Positions 15,713 through 26,120 of a stretch of DNA of 31,908 nucleotides are shown here, piece after piece. The position numbers and the translations under genes were made by a program. The notes beneath the pieces were generated by a model. That model made no database searches. It was not told the DNA's origin and saw only the letters and a list, made by a program, of their open reading frames with translations. This stretch comes from Terrimicrobiaceae bacterium (lineage in GTDB: Bacteria > Verrucomicrobiota > Verrucomicrobiia > Chthoniobacterales > Terrimicrobiaceae): positions 1 to 31,908 of the forward strand of contig JBMTBF010000001.1 in NCBI GenBank assembly GCA_049429585.1, given 5' to 3'. Numbering within the stretch: position 1 is the first letter of the stretch; every line of letters begins with the position of its first letter.

Positions 15713-16851
15713 ACCCGGGGTTCGATGTGCGGCCGCAGAAGAACCGGCGCAAAGCGTGAGACCAGCGGTTGGCCCTGGCGGTGGATGTTGACGAGAAGAC
15801 CGATCAGGAACAGGCAAACCACAAGGTTTGAACCGCCGTAGCTGATAAAGGGAAGCGGCATACCTTTGTTTGGAAGAAGCGAGGTTGTGACGCCAAGATT
15901 TACGATGCTTTGGATCGTGATGAGCATCGTGCAACCGAATCCGAGCAACATACCGAAGCGGTCCCGGGCATTCGCAGAAATGAGGGCTCCGCACAGGAGG
16001 ATCACGAGAAAGGCGAAAACCGTGAGCGCGGTCGCCTTCAATCCCAATTCCTCCCCGATCATAGGAAAAATGAAGTCGGTGTGGGCATACGGGAGGTAGT
16101 GCATTTTCTGGCGACCCTCGCCGAGCCCGAGACCATCGAAACCGCCGGATCCGAAAGCGATGAGACCCTGCCATTGCTGGAGGCCTTCACAGAGTCGGTA
16201 TTTTTCGGGATCCATGAATGCAAGCAGGCGCTGAACACGCTCCGGAACGGCGAGCGCGACCAGAAAAATGGATGCAAATGCCAACGGAGTGAGAACGGCG
16301 AGCCAGCGGAGCGCGGCACCGGCCACGAACATGACTGCGAGGGCCGAGGCCCCGATGAGGGCGGTATTCCCGATATCGACCTCCAGCACGATCAGTAACA
16401 TCGGAATCGCGAGAATCGAGAGCGGAAGGGCGAGCCCGTTTTTAACTTTTTCAAAAGTGATATCCTCCCGGGAAAACCACCATGCGATGAAAAAGATCGA
16501 GCTGATCTTTGCAAATTCGCTGGGCTGGAGCGTACCGAAGCCGAGGTTGATCCACCGCGAAGAGCCGTTGATGCGCTGCCCGATCGGGGGAATGAAGCAA
16601 AGAACCAAAAGCACCGCACTGCCGACGAACAAGACCAACCACCACCTGCGCCAGAAATGATAGTCCACACTCGCCGCAAACAAGGCGGCCGCGACTCCCA
16701 CCACCAGCCAAAATCCCTGCCGCTTCACAAAAAGATACATGTCGCCATGGCTGTCCCGCGCATAGGCCCCCGTGCTGAAAAGCATCACGAGTCCCAGCGC
16801 GATCAATCCCGCAACGGCGAACATCAGGATGGTGATGACATTTTTTTGCAT
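15709..16851 (-). CDS. ftsW: FtsW (SEDS peptidoglycan polymerase)
   Basis: GSSRWI, QPSEFAK, GEGRQK...LPYAHTDFIF, PNKGMPLPFISYGGS. Confidence 0.96.
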   Translation of the reverse strand: MQKNVITILMFAVAGLIALGLVMLFSTGAYARDSHGDMYLFVKRQGFWLVVGVAAALFAASVDYHFWRRWWLVLFVGSAVLLVLCFIPPIGQRINGSSRWINLGFGTLQPSEFAKISSIFFIAWWFSREDITFEKVKNGLALPLSILAIPMLLIVLEVDIGNTALIGASALAVMFVAGAALRWLAVLTPLAFASIFLVALAVPERVQRLLAFMDPEKYRLCEGLQQWQGLIAFGSGGFDGLGLGEGRQKMHYLPYAHTDFIFPMIGEELGLKATALTVFAFLVILLCGALISANARDRFGMLLGFGCTMLITIQSIVNLGVTTSLLPNKGMPLPFISYGGSNLVVCLFLIGLLVNIHRQGQPLVSRFAPVLLRPHIEPRV

Positions 16852-16884
16852 GGCCGGGTGCTTGGATTTACTGGCAACTCGATC

Positions 16885-17679
16885 TCAGGGAATGGCGAGT
16901 TTTTGCCCGATCTTCAACTTCCGGGGATCGTCGATATTGTTGGCTTTCATCAACGCCTCCTGGGTGACTTTGAATTTCTTCGCGATCGAATACGGGTTGT
17001 CGCCTTTCGCCACGACATAGGACTGGCCTCCAGCGGAGGATTTATCTGTAGCCGGTGCGGCAGGCGCTGGAGCCGGCGGTGCCTCGGGAGCGGTTTTTGC
17101 AACCACGGGTTGAACGGGTGCGGGTTTGGCTACGATTGAGGGTGTGGCCTGTGATGCGGGAACCGGCGCGGAATTGGCCGAGGGTGTAGCCGATACTTTT
17201 CCGACGACAAGAACCTGACCCGTCCGGATGATCGAAGTGCTCGAGAGGTTGTTGGCTTTTTCCAGCGCCTCGATGCTTGTTTTGAATTTTGAGGCGATTT
17301 TTTTGAGCGTGTCGCCCGCCACCACCGTGTAGGTCTGCACAGTGGCCTCGACGGGTTTGACGACAGATGCGGCAGGCTTGGCTTCTGCCATGGGTTCGGG
17401 AGCTTTTTCCGCAATCACCGGAGCGGACTCCTTCTTTGCGGCAATCGGTTTCGCGGAGCTTTCCTTCAGTTTGTTGAATCCGTAGATGCCGGCTACCGCT
17501 ACGACATGAAGGACAAGAACAACGATGAACGCTTGGGAGAGCTTCATGCTTGGCTCAGCCTCGGATTCATATTCCTCGATTTCATCTCGGCTCGATGCCG
17601 CGCGGGCGTGGAGTCTTTTGCGTGGAACCAAACGGCGGTTTGGAAGCTGTGGAGCGGGTTTGTTTTTTTTGAACAGCAT
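16885..17679 (-). CDS. Membrane-anchored protein with two LysM domains
   Basis: N-terminal TM (AFIVVLVLHVVAVAGIYGF); LysM repeats YTVVAGDTLKKIA...GQVL and YVVAKGDNPYSIA...GQKL separated by Pro/Ala linkers. Confidence 0.92.
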   Translation of the reverse strand: MLFKKNKPAPQLPNRRLVPRKRLHARAASSRDEIEEYESEAEPSMKLSQAFIVVLVLHVVAVAGIYGFNKLKESSAKPIAAKKESAPVIAEKAPEPMAEAKPAASVVKPVEATVQTYTVVAGDTLKKIASKFKTSIEALEKANNLSSTSIIRTGQVLVVGKVSATPSANSAPVPASQATPSIVAKPAPVQPVVAKTAPEAPPAPAPAAPATDKSSAGGQSYVVAKGDNPYSIAKKFKVTQEALMKANNIDDPRKLKIGQKLAIP

Positions 17680-17687
17680 GGTGGTTT

Positions 17688-19016
17688 TCAGGGTGTGGTG
17701 GTTTGGAGTTGTTGGACGAATGTTTTGAACTGGTTTCCGCGCTCGCCGTAGTTGCGGAACATGTCGAACGAGGAGGTTCCTGGGGAAAAGAGGGCTGTGT
17801 CACCGGGTCGGGCGATCTTTCGAGCAAGTGCCACGGCGTCTTCGAGCGTGTCCACGCAGTGGCATTCGGTTTTTTCCCAAGACCGGGCAATGCGATGGCG
17901 CATTTCGCCGATCAAGACGGCGGCGCGGGCGCGGAGATGGATTTGTTCCGCAATGTCGTCGAACTCGAATCCCTTGTCCTTGCCACCGGCGATCAGAACA
18001 ACCGGCCCGTCGGCCGAGCGCAGCGCTTGCGCCATGGCATCTAGATTTGTGGCCTTCGAGTCGTTGACCCAGCGGACGCCATCGAGTTCCCGAACAAACT
18101 CGCAGCGGTGCGCCGGCGGTGCGTAGTCCGAGATTGCCGCTGCCAAGTTATCTATATCCATTCCCACGGCATACCCTATGCCGAGCGCGGCCATGATGTT
18201 TTCGGCGTTGTGCGGCCCGGGCAGACGGGTTGAGGATTGCTCAAGGATTTTCCTCGAGCGGAAATAAATCGCCGAGTTGCGAAACGTGAAGTCGGCCTTG
18301 TTTGTGGAGGCGCTGAAGGTGATCGTTTGGGCCTTAAGTGGGGGCAGGTCGTTGACGGCGTTCACCACCGCGAAATCCTCGGAGCTCTGATTCTCGAAAA
18401 TACGAAGTTTGGCTGCCCGATATTCTTCGATCCCGGGATAGCGGTCGAGGTGGTTTGCACTCAGATTCAGCCATGCCGCGACCTTGGGTCGGAAACTCTT
18501 GATCGTTTCGAGTTGGAAGGAACTCACCTCAAGGACCATCACATCCATCACGCGGCTTTGCCTGACGGCGGTCGCGAAGGGCAGTCCGATGTTGCCGCTC
18601 GCCATGGTGCGCAGTCCGCAACCTTGGAGGATTCGCGTCGTGAGTTCGGTGGTCGTTGTTTTTCCGTTCGTCCCTGTGATGGCCACGACCGGACAGGCGC
18701 ATTCCTCAAAGGCCAACTCGAGTTCGCCCACGACCGGAATGTTTTTCGCAACCACATTCCGGACAAGAGGAACACCAGGGTCGATTCCTGGACTGAGAAC
18801 CGCGAGATCGTAGAATTCGGAATCCCACTCGGCCTCAGTCCCCAGCAAAACCCGGACTCCCCGAGCGCGCAGAGCCTCGGCCTTTTCGCGGATGGCCGGA
18901 GAGTCGGAGGACTCGCAAACCGTCACGACGGCGCCATGGTCGATCAAAAGCTTGGCCGCAGCATCGCCGCTGTGGCCTAGCCCGAGAACAACCGTTTTTT
19001 TGCCGCCGTGGTTCAT
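17688..19016 (-). CDS. murD: MurD ligase
   Basis: LGLGHSG, SPGI, AITGTNGKTTT, EVSSFQL, NHLDRY, NDSKATN, SPGTSSFDMF. Confidence 0.97.
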   Translation of the reverse strand: MNHGGKKTVVLGLGHSGDAAAKLLIDHGAVVTVCESSDSPAIREKAEALRARGVRVLLGTEAEWDSEFYDLAVLSPGIDPGVPLVRNVVAKNIPVVGELELAFEECACPVVAITGTNGKTTTTELTTRILQGCGLRTMASGNIGLPFATAVRQSRVMDVMVLEVSSFQLETIKSFRPKVAAWLNLSANHLDRYPGIEEYRAAKLRIFENQSSEDFAVVNAVNDLPPLKAQTITFSASTNKADFTFRNSAIYFRSRKILEQSSTRLPGPHNAENIMAALGIGYAVGMDIDNLAAAISDYAPPAHRCEFVRELDGVRWVNDSKATNLDAMAQALRSADGPVVLIAGGKDKGFEFDDIAEQIHLRARAAVLIGEMRHRIARSWEKTECHCVDTLEDAVALARKIARPGDTALFSPGTSSFDMFRNYGERGNQFKTFVQQLQTTTP

Positions 19017-19017
19017 G

Positions 19018-20148
19018 TCAACGCAGTTTCAAAGTGGCCAAGCCGAGCAGCGCGAAGAACACGGAGAGAATCCAGAAGCGGACGATGACCGTGTTTTCCT
19101 TCCAACCGCTCAGCTCGAAGTGGTGATGGATGGGAGACATCTTGAAAATCCGGCGTCCGGTGGTTTTGAAACTCGCCACTTGGAGAATCACCGACATCGC
19201 CTCGATGACAAAAACGCCACCGACAATCACAAGAAGAAGTTCCTGTTTGCAGCAAATCGCGACGGCTCCGAGCATCCCGCCGATGGCGAGCGAACCTGTG
19301 TCTCCCATGAACACCCGGGCAGGGTAGGCATTCCACCAGAGGAACCCGAGGCATGCCCCCAGAAGGGCGATGCAGAGCACTGTGAGCTCGCCGGAGAATT
19401 GAACAAACGGCACCTGCAAGTAGGTCGCGGCTTTGAAGTTGCCCGCCACATAGGCGAGGACGGCGTAGGTCGCGGCCACCGTCGCGGTGCAACCCGTCGC
19501 GAGACCGTCCAAGCCGTCGGTAAGATTCACCGCGTTTGAAGTGCCGACAATCACCAGCAGGTAGAAAATAAAAGTGAACGCCCCCATTCCCAACACGAGA
19601 GGATCTTTGAGGAACGGGATGTAGAGCTGCTGCGCGGTGGCGGAGAGTTGCGGATTGAGCAGGAAAAAGAGGGTGAAGACGCCCGCGAGCGCACATTGCA
19701 GGGCAAATTTCAGCCGACTGCTGATGCCATCGGAGTTTTTCTTCGAGACCTTGAGCCAATCGTCGTAGAGCCCAATGCCACCTAGGAAAAGCGTGCTGAA
19801 AAGAACGAGCCAAACAAACGGGTTCTCCGGCTTAGCCCAGAGCAGGGTGGAAATCACAATCGAGCCAATGAGCAGGATGCCGCCCATCGTCGGAGTTCCT
19901 TTTTTCGCACCGTGGAGTTCGTAGAGTTTGTGGACCTCGGCTGCGGTGCGGATGGGCTGGCCGAACTTGAGCGAGATCAATTTCCGGATGACGAAATTTC
20001 CAAAGAGCAGCGACAGAAGAAAAGCCGTCACCCCGGCACAGATGGCCCGGAAAGTAATGTAGGAAAAAACATTCAGCGCCTTGAAAAGGTCGCTGGTCCA
20101 ACCGCGGGCCACAGCCCAGTCGCCGAGTTCAGAGAGGTAGTAGAGCAT
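19018..20148 (-). CDS. mraY: MraY translocase
   Basis: KKGTPTMGG, DDWLK, SNAVNLTDGLDGL, FMGDTGS, PIHHHFE. Confidence 0.98.
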   Translation of the reverse strand: MLYYLSELGDWAVARGWTSDLFKALNVFSYITFRAICAGVTAFLLSLLFGNFVIRKLISLKFGQPIRTAAEVHKLYELHGAKKGTPTMGGILLIGSIVISTLLWAKPENPFVWLVLFSTLFLGGIGLYDDWLKVSKKNSDGISSRLKFALQCALAGVFTLFFLLNPQLSATAQQLYIPFLKDPLVLGMGAFTFIFYLLVIVGTSNAVNLTDGLDGLATGCTATVAATYAVLAYVAGNFKAATYLQVPFVQFSGELTVLCIALLGACLGFLWWNAYPARVFMGDTGSLAIGGMLGAVAICCKQELLLVIVGGVFVIEAMSVILQVASFKTTGRRIFKMSPIHHHFELSGWKENTVIVRFWILSVFFALLGLATLKLR

Positions 20149-21515
20149 TAGTTCCGGAGATGTTCGAAGAGGGTTTCCATGCGGGCGGAGCGACTGCCCT
20201 TCACAAGGACGAGATCCCCGGGTCGCGCGAGTTGTGAAAGCATTCTGGCGGCGGCGGCCGTGTCCTCGACCTCGTGAATGCGTCCGAGTCCCGATTCCCG
20301 CGCTGCGGCGGAGATCGAGGAGGCATCCGCTCCGACAGTGAAAAGAATATCGGCCCAGCGCGCGGCGGCTTGCCCCACGCGGCGGTAGCCTTCACCGGCG
20401 TGCTCGCCGAGTTCCCCCATTTTTCCCAGAACGGCGATGCGGCGCCCGCTTCCTGGAACGAGGCGAAGGGTGCTCAATGCCGCCTCCATGGATTCGGGAT
20501 TCGCATTGTAGCTGTCGTCGAGATAGGTGACGCCAGCGATGGTTTTTTGTTCTAGCCGACCCCCGACGAGGCGCGCCTTGGCAAGTCCCTTGACCCCCTT
20601 TTCGAGGGGAACCCCCATCTCCAATCCAGCGGCCAGCGCGAGAAGTGCGTTTTGAACCATGTGGGTTCCGTGAACCCCGATGGAGGCGGAAATTTTCGCG
20701 CCATCGCGAATGACGGTGAAATTCGTTCCTTCAGACGTGGATTGAATATCCGTCGCCACGAGGTCGCCTTTGGCCACTCCTGTCCGAACCACCTTGGCGC
20801 AACAGCGCGCGGCGATTGCATCGGTTTTGTCATCCTCGGCAGGAAGAACAACGGCTCCACCGGCGGGCACGGCCTCGGCAAGCATGCCTTTTTCCAACGC
20901 GATCGCGTCGCGCGTTTTCATGTATTCGATGTGCGCGGTGCCGATATTGGTAATGATCGCACAAGCAGGCTGGATCATTTTAGCCAGGGGAGCGATTTCA
21001 CCTGGATGGTTCATTCCGACTTCCCAGACGGCTGCTTCGGCTTCAGAACCCGCCGAGAGGATCGAAAGCGGAACGCCGATGTGGTTGTTCAGATTTCCCT
21101 CGGTTTTGACGACGCGGTATTTCGAGCCAAGAACGGCGGCAGCGAATTCCTTGGTGCTCGTTTTGCCACTGCTGCCGGTGATTCCAAGCACGCGGAGCTT
21201 CAAGCGGGAACGCCATGCGGCGGCCAGGCTGGCGAGGGCTTCCAGGCTGTCTTTTGCCAGAATTACCGGGTGGGTGGCGGCGAGTTTTTCTGCGATCGTC
21301 GGCGAGTCGAGCAAAGCGGCGGCCGCGCCAAGTTCAAATGCATGCGAAGCAAACTCGTTTCCGTCGAATGTTTCACCGCGAATGCCGATGTAGAGGTCGC
21401 CGGGCTTGATGGTTCGGGTGTCCTTGTTGAAACGCGAAACCATGGCGCTTGTATCCGGCCCTATCAGAGCGGCTCCAGCCATGGCCGCAATTTCCCGCAG
21501 CGGTAAAGGGTCCAT
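20148..21515 (-). CDS. murF: MurF ligase
   Basis: ITGSSGKTSTKE, NLNNHIGVP, EVGMNHPGEI, DDSYNANPES, VKGSR. Confidence 0.97.
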   Translation of the reverse strand: MDPLPLREIAAMAGAALIGPDTSAMVSRFNKDTRTIKPGDLYIGIRGETFDGNEFASHAFELGAAAALLDSPTIAEKLAATHPVILAKDSLEALASLAAAWRSRLKLRVLGITGSSGKTSTKEFAAAVLGSKYRVVKTEGNLNNHIGVPLSILSAGSEAEAAVWEVGMNHPGEIAPLAKMIQPACAIITNIGTAHIEYMKTRDAIALEKGMLAEAVPAGGAVVLPAEDDKTDAIAARCCAKVVRTGVAKGDLVATDIQSTSEGTNFTVIRDGAKISASIGVHGTHMVQNALLALAAGLEMGVPLEKGVKGLAKARLVGGRLEQKTIAGVTYLDDSYNANPESMEAALSTLRLVPGSGRRIAVLGKMGELGEHAGEGYRRVGQAAARWADILFTVGADASSISAAARESGLGRIHEVEDTAAAARMLSQLARPGDLVLVKGSRSARMETLFEHLRN

Positions 21516-22987
21516 CAGGCGTCGCCTCCTTTCTTGTCAGAGATGGCACGGGCTGCAACGGCAACATCGTCGAAGGGAACCTTTCGGTCTGCGAATTCCT
21601 GCGTCTTTTCGTGTCCCTTGCCCGCAATCAAAACAATGTCCCCCGGGCCGGCCAACTCCACCGCCCGGCGGATGGCCTGCTCGCGATCCACGATTTTTTC
21701 GTGGGTTCGGCGAGCAAGGCCCTTCTCCATTTCATTCAAAATCGCCTCCGGATCCTCGCTACGGGGATTGTCCGATGTCAGAATGAGATGGTCGGCCAAA
21801 ACCTCGCCGGCATTAGCCATCAAGGGACGCTTCGCACGGTCTCGATCGCCTCCGCACCCGAAGACGGCGATCAATCTCGCCGGACCGGCATCGCGGAGGG
21901 TCTGGAGGACATTTCTCAAGGCGTCATCGGTGTGAGCGTAATCCACAAAAACCTGGAAATTGCGGCGCGACGGGACGCGTTCGACTCGACCAGGAACCTG
22001 GGGTGCATCGGCAAGGGCGTCGATCGCACGGCGGAGTTCGACACCGCAGGTCATCGCGGCCGCGAGGGCTCCGAGGACATTGTAGACATTGAATAGACCG
22101 ATGAGCGGTGTGCGGACGAGGTAACTCTTGCCCCGCGCCTCGAGGGCGAATCGCGTGCCATGCAAATCCTGGCGGATCGAACTTGCCCGGAATTCCGCAT
22201 GGACATTCTGCCCGAATGTGACGGTTTTGATTTTTTTGGAAATGCGGTCGATGAGGCGTTGGCCGAAGCGGTCGTCGGAATTCACCACCGCGCGCGCCTT
22301 TTTGGTTTTCTGCTCCGCAAGGGCCTCAAACCATTTCGCCTTCGCCTCGAAGTAGGCGTCCATGGAACCGTGGTAGTCCAGATGGTCCTGAGTGAGATTG
22401 GTGAAAATACCTGCGTCGAATTCAACGCCCCGCACCCGGTGTTGAACCACCGCGTGGCTTGAAACCTCCATGGCGACCGAGCGTCCCCCCTTGTCGCGAA
22501 TTTCGGCGAGGATTTGCTGGAGGTCGATCGACTCGGGAGTGGTGTGCGGGGCGGGACGCTCCTCACCGGCCACGACATATTTCACAGTTCCAATCAAACC
22601 GGGGCGCTGGCCCGCCGCGTCGAAAATGTGCTTCACCAGATACGCGCTCGTGGTTTTGCCATTGGTTCCGGTGACGCCCACGCATTTGAGGTCCCGGTCG
22701 GGATGGTCGTAAAATTCCGCCGCGATATCGGCCATGGCGGCGCGGGCCTTCTCGACAACAACGACTGGGCAATCCGAGCCGGGATCCGCATTTTCAGCGA
22801 CCACAGCGGACGCTCCGCGCTCCACAGCTTGAGCAACGAATTTCGCGCCGTCGGATTTCGCACCGGGCAGTGCGAAAAAAAGGCACCCCGGCTTCGCCAG
22901 ACGGGAGTCTTGGCAAAGCGAGGAAATATCGGGGTCGGCCAAGCCGGGGGCTATTCCCGAGGCTTGGAGAAGGGCACGGAGTCGCAT
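21515..22987 (-). CDS. murE: MurE ligase (meso-DAP type)
   Basis: DSR, GVTGTNGKTT, HTTPES, MEVSSH, DHLDYH, DYAHT, DNPR (meso-DAP specificity motif), GKGHE. The ATG at 22987 lies just after the ftsI stop. Confidence 0.96.
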   Translation of the reverse strand: MRLRALLQASGIAPGLADPDISSLCQDSRLAKPGCLFFALPGAKSDGAKFVAQAVERGASAVVAENADPGSDCPVVVVEKARAAMADIAAEFYDHPDRDLKCVGVTGTNGKTTSAYLVKHIFDAAGQRPGLIGTVKYVVAGEERPAPHTTPESIDLQQILAEIRDKGGRSVAMEVSSHAVVQHRVRGVEFDAGIFTNLTQDHLDYHGSMDAYFEAKAKWFEALAEQKTKKARAVVNSDDRFGQRLIDRISKKIKTVTFGQNVHAEFRASSIRQDLHGTRFALEARGKSYLVRTPLIGLFNVYNVLGALAAAMTCGVELRRAIDALADAPQVPGRVERVPSRRNFQVFVDYAHTDDALRNVLQTLRDAGPARLIAVFGCGGDRDRAKRPLMANAGEVLADHLILTSDNPRSEDPEAILNEMEKGLARRTHEKIVDREQAIRRAVELAGPGDIVLIAGKGHEKTQEFADRKVPFDDVAVAARAISDKKGGDA

Positions 22988-22991
22988 GGGA

Positions 22992-24755
22992 TCAGCGCGT
23001 GGCCTCCTGGGCATCGAGCGATGCGGTGACTGGGTCGGGTTGCAGGGCGATGGCCGGTTCGGTCGGCACAAGATCGAGGTGACGGGCGGAGCGCTCTGCG
23101 ATGCGTGAGAAAATCGGCGCGGCGACGAGACCGCCGTAGTTGAGACCCGAGGAAACTTGGGCGTCATCCACCATCACAAGACAAACAAACCTTGGATCCT
23201 CGGCGGGCATGTAACCCACAAACGAAACGACATATTTTCCCGGCGCGTAGCCGCCCTTGTCGCTGACTTTTTGAGCTGTTCCGGTTTTGCCGGCGACATT
23301 GAATCCATTGACCCGCGCGAATGTCGCAGTGCCGCCGGGCTGTGTGACCGCCGCGAGGGCGTTGCTGATGAAGTGCGCTGTTTTTTCAGGAACGACCTCG
23401 CGGACGACCTTGGGCTGGTGGCGGTCAATACCGCCCGCCTGATCCTCGACTGACTTCACAATTTGGGGCGCCATGAGTTTTCCGCCGTTGGCGATGACCG
23501 ACATTCCCATGGTAATCTGAAGCGGAGTGACAGCCACGGAATGGCCCATCGGCATGCGGGTGATGGTGAGTTTGTCCCAGCGGGACGGCGGGTGGACGAG
23601 TCCCGGAATTTCCCCGGGAAGCTCGATACCGAGGCGGTCCCCGAACCCGAAGCGTTTGACATACTCGTGGAATTTTTCGCCACCCATCATCATCGCCATT
23701 TTCGCGCACCCGATGTTCGAGGATTTCACCAGAATCTCGTGCACGCTCATGTGTCCGTAGCCGTGGTGGTCCTTGAGAGTCCGGCCACCATAAAAATACC
23801 GGCCGTTCTCGCAGAAGATGGATGATGTTTCATCCACCTTACCCTCGTTCAAAGCACCTGCGGCAACGACAATCTTGAAAGTCGATCCCGGCTCGACCAT
23901 GTCGATGATCGATCGGTTTTTCATCGTCTCGGGATCGGATTTTCCGGGGGTGTTGGGATCGAAACAGGGGCGGCTGGCCATCGCGAGGATTTCGCCCGTT
24001 TTAGGATCCACCATAATGGCGTTGACGGTATTCGGCTTGAGGTCGCGGTAGGTCGCGTCGATCTCCTCCTCGAGGATTGCCTGGAGACCCATGTCGATTG
24101 TGAGGCGGATGTTTTTGCCGTGCTGCGGCTCCTGCTCCTGGCCCCGGTAGAGAACAATCTCGCGGCCGGTGCGGTCGCGCTCGGTGAAACGAAAACCATC
24201 CTCGCCGGCGAGCGCCTTTTCCATCGTCCGTTCGATCCCTTGAACACCCTTGCGCTCGTGGTTCAGGTATCCGAGGACATGGCCGAGCATCGGGCCATTT
24301 GGATAAGAGCGAATCGAATCCACCTCGGTGTAAACTCCGCGCAGATTGCGATCCCGCATTTCGGCTTGGAGTTTGAGGACTGTTGCGTCCGGCACTTTGC
24401 GTTTGAGGACAAGGTATTTGCCGCCCGTAGCGATTTTTTGCGCTACCTCCTCGCGCTTGAGTTCGAGAAACCGGGCGACGAGATCGGACACCTGCTCGGC
24501 ATCCTTGATGTGCGAGGCATCGGCGAAGACCGTGTGCACCGGCAAGTTGACGGCAAGCTTGTCGCCATTCCGGTCCAGAATCAAACCGCGCTTGGCGGGA
24601 ATCACCTGGCGGACGGTGTTTTTTTCTGCCGCGATGCGCGAGTATTCCTCGTGCTTTCCGACATGCAGATCAACGAGACGCGAGGAGACGATGGTGAATA
24701 CCAAGGCACCCGCACCGCAGGCCCAGGCGATTCGCATCCTCTCCGGTTTCCTCAC
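22992..24755 (-). CDS. ftsI: Class B penicillin-binding protein (FtsI/PBP3)
   Basis: PAKRGLILDRNG dimerisation domain; transpeptidase motifs STFK, SSN and KTG(TAQK); position after ftsL. Confidence 0.93.
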   Translation of the reverse strand: MRKPERMRIAWACGAGALVFTIVSSRLVDLHVGKHEEYSRIAAEKNTVRQVIPAKRGLILDRNGDKLAVNLPVHTVFADASHIKDAEQVSDLVARFLELKREEVAQKIATGGKYLVLKRKVPDATVLKLQAEMRDRNLRGVYTEVDSIRSYPNGPMLGHVLGYLNHERKGVQGIERTMEKALAGEDGFRFTERDRTGREIVLYRGQEQEPQHGKNIRLTIDMGLQAILEEEIDATYRDLKPNTVNAIMVDPKTGEILAMASRPCFDPNTPGKSDPETMKNRSIIDMVEPGSTFKIVVAAGALNEGKVDETSSIFCENGRYFYGGRTLKDHHGYGHMSVHEILVKSSNIGCAKMAMMMGGEKFHEYVKRFGFGDRLGIELPGEIPGLVHPPSRWDKLTITRMPMGHSVAVTPLQITMGMSVIANGGKLMAPQIVKSVEDQAGGIDRHQPKVVREVVPEKTAHFISNALAAVTQPGGTATFARVNGFNVAGKTGTAQKVSDKGGYAPGKYVVSFVGYMPAEDPRFVCLVMVDDAQVSSGLNYGGLVAAPIFSRIAERSARHLDLVPTEPAIALQPDPVTASLDAQEATR

Positions 24756-25132
24756 TGGGCGGACTCCGAGTTGAAGGCTGTGCGCATCACACCGTCCTCC
24801 GAGGCCGTGGAGGGAGGGGTGAGCCGGGCGATTTTATCGCCGCTGATCGCCACCACATTGATGAATTTCTGGGCGACGCGCTTTTGAAGCATCGGGCGGG
24901 AGGAGAGTTCCGTCACAGTGGCGATGAGCACCTCGTTGCGGGAATGGACATCGCGGATTTGGCGTTCGGTCTTTCGAATTTGATCGGCGAGAACGAACTG
25001 CTGGTTTTTCAAATAAACATAAGCGAGTCCCAACGCGCCAATGAGAAAGGTCAGTGCGACGAACTTCGCAACCTTCGCAGCTTGGACGGGATTCGAGGTT
25101 TGAAGAGATTGGGGTTGGATTGTCAGGTTCAT
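24752..25132 (-). CDS. ftsL: Probable FtsL
   Basis: 126 aa, one TM followed by a coiled-coil; located between rsmH and ftsI with an ATGA overlap. The assignment is positional and structural. Confidence 0.7.
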   Translation of the reverse strand: MNLTIQPQSLQTSNPVQAAKVAKFVALTFLIGALGLAYVYLKNQQFVLADQIRKTERQIRDVHSRNEVLIATVTELSSRPMLQKRVAQKFINVVAISGDKIARLTPPSTASEDGVMRTAFNSESAQ

Positions 25133-25142
25133 AGGAGGCCTT

Positions 25143-26120
25143 TCAGAGTTTTTCCACGACGCGCAGTTTGGCGCTGCGGGCCCTGGGGTTTTGCTGCGTT
25201 TCCCTCGCGGTCGCCGTGACGGGATGCGGGGTCAAAAGACGGAAAAGACGGTCGGGATTGCGGCGCGGTTCAGGCCACTCGGGACGGTCGAGCCACTCGC
25301 GGCTGTGCTCGCGGAAGAAGACCTTAACGATCCGGTCCTCAAGAGAATGAAAGGTGATTATGGCGAAGCGGGCACCGGGCGCTAAATGTGGCGGAATTGC
25401 CAACAAGGCCCGGCGCAGGGCTCCCAACTCATCATTCACATGCATGCGCAGAGCTTGGAAAACCCTAGTCGCCGGATGGCGCGGTCCCCGTCGCGGGATG
25501 ATCTCGCAGACGGCATCGGCAAGCTGCAGCGTGGTTTCAAAGGGGCGGGTTTTACGAAGCCTGACCAAATGCGCCGCGATCTGCTTGGCGCGCTGCTCCT
25601 CGCCATATTCGAAAAAAATCTTAGCCAGCTCGGAGGCCTCCATGGTGTTCACCACCTCGGCAGCCGTTTGCCTGATTCCGGGTCCCATTCGCATATCGAG
25701 CGGGCCTTCCCGCTGGAACGAAAACCCCCTCTCGGCAGCATCCAGGTGACGGGACGAGACCCCGAGGTCCAGCAACGCGCCGTTGAAGTGACGCGTTTCA
25801 CCAATTCCCTCAAGCGCCTCATCGACATTCTGGAAATTTGTTTCGACCCAGCGAACGCGGCGCCCCAAATCCCCCAACTGCCGCCGGCACTCGGTCAACG
25901 CCTCGGGGTCCTGGTCGAACGCCACAACCTCCGCTCCAGCCTGAAGCATCATCCCCGTGTGCCCTCCCCCGCCGGCCGTGCCATCAAGAAACAATCCACC
26001 CGGACCGGGTTGCAAAAAGGCCATCACTTGCTGGCCCATCACCGGCACATGGTAAACGGAGTCTTTATCGAGTTCTTCCACGCTGATTCCTAAAAATTGG
26101 TCGCAATCTAGATTCTTCAT
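25143..26120 (-). CDS. rsmH: 16S rRNA m4C1402 methyltransferase RsmH (MraW)
   Basis: HVPVM, DGTAGGGGH, DLGVSS, RGFSF...GPLDMRM, HPATRVFQALR, FHSLEDRIVK, NPRARSAKLR. Confidence 0.97.
   Translation of the reverse strand: MKNLDCDQFLGISVEELDKDSVYHVPVMGQQVMAFLQPGPGGLFLDGTAGGGGHTGMMLQAGAEVVAFDQDPEALTECRRQLGDLGRRVRWVETNFQNVDEALEGIGETRHFNGALLDLGVSSRHLDAAERGFSFQREGPLDMRMGPGIRQTAAEVVNTMEASELAKIFFEYGEEQRAKQIAAHLVRLRKTRPFETTLQLADAVCEIIPRRGPRHPATRVFQALRMHVNDELGALRRALLAIPPHLAPGARFAIITFHSLEDRIVKVFFREHSREWLDRPEWPEPRRNPDRLFRLLTPHPVTATARETQQNPRARSAKLRVVEKL

Noticed and set aside
14603-16174. 523-aa ORF suggesting an N-terminally extended MurG
   Set aside because: The extension overlaps ftsW in another frame; MurG homology starts at the ATG at 15712, which has a typical ATGA coupling.
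21515-23167. 550-aa ORF suggesting an extended MurE
   Set aside because: The extra 60 codons overlap the ftsI 3' end; the ATG at 22987 follows the ftsI stop and homology starts there.
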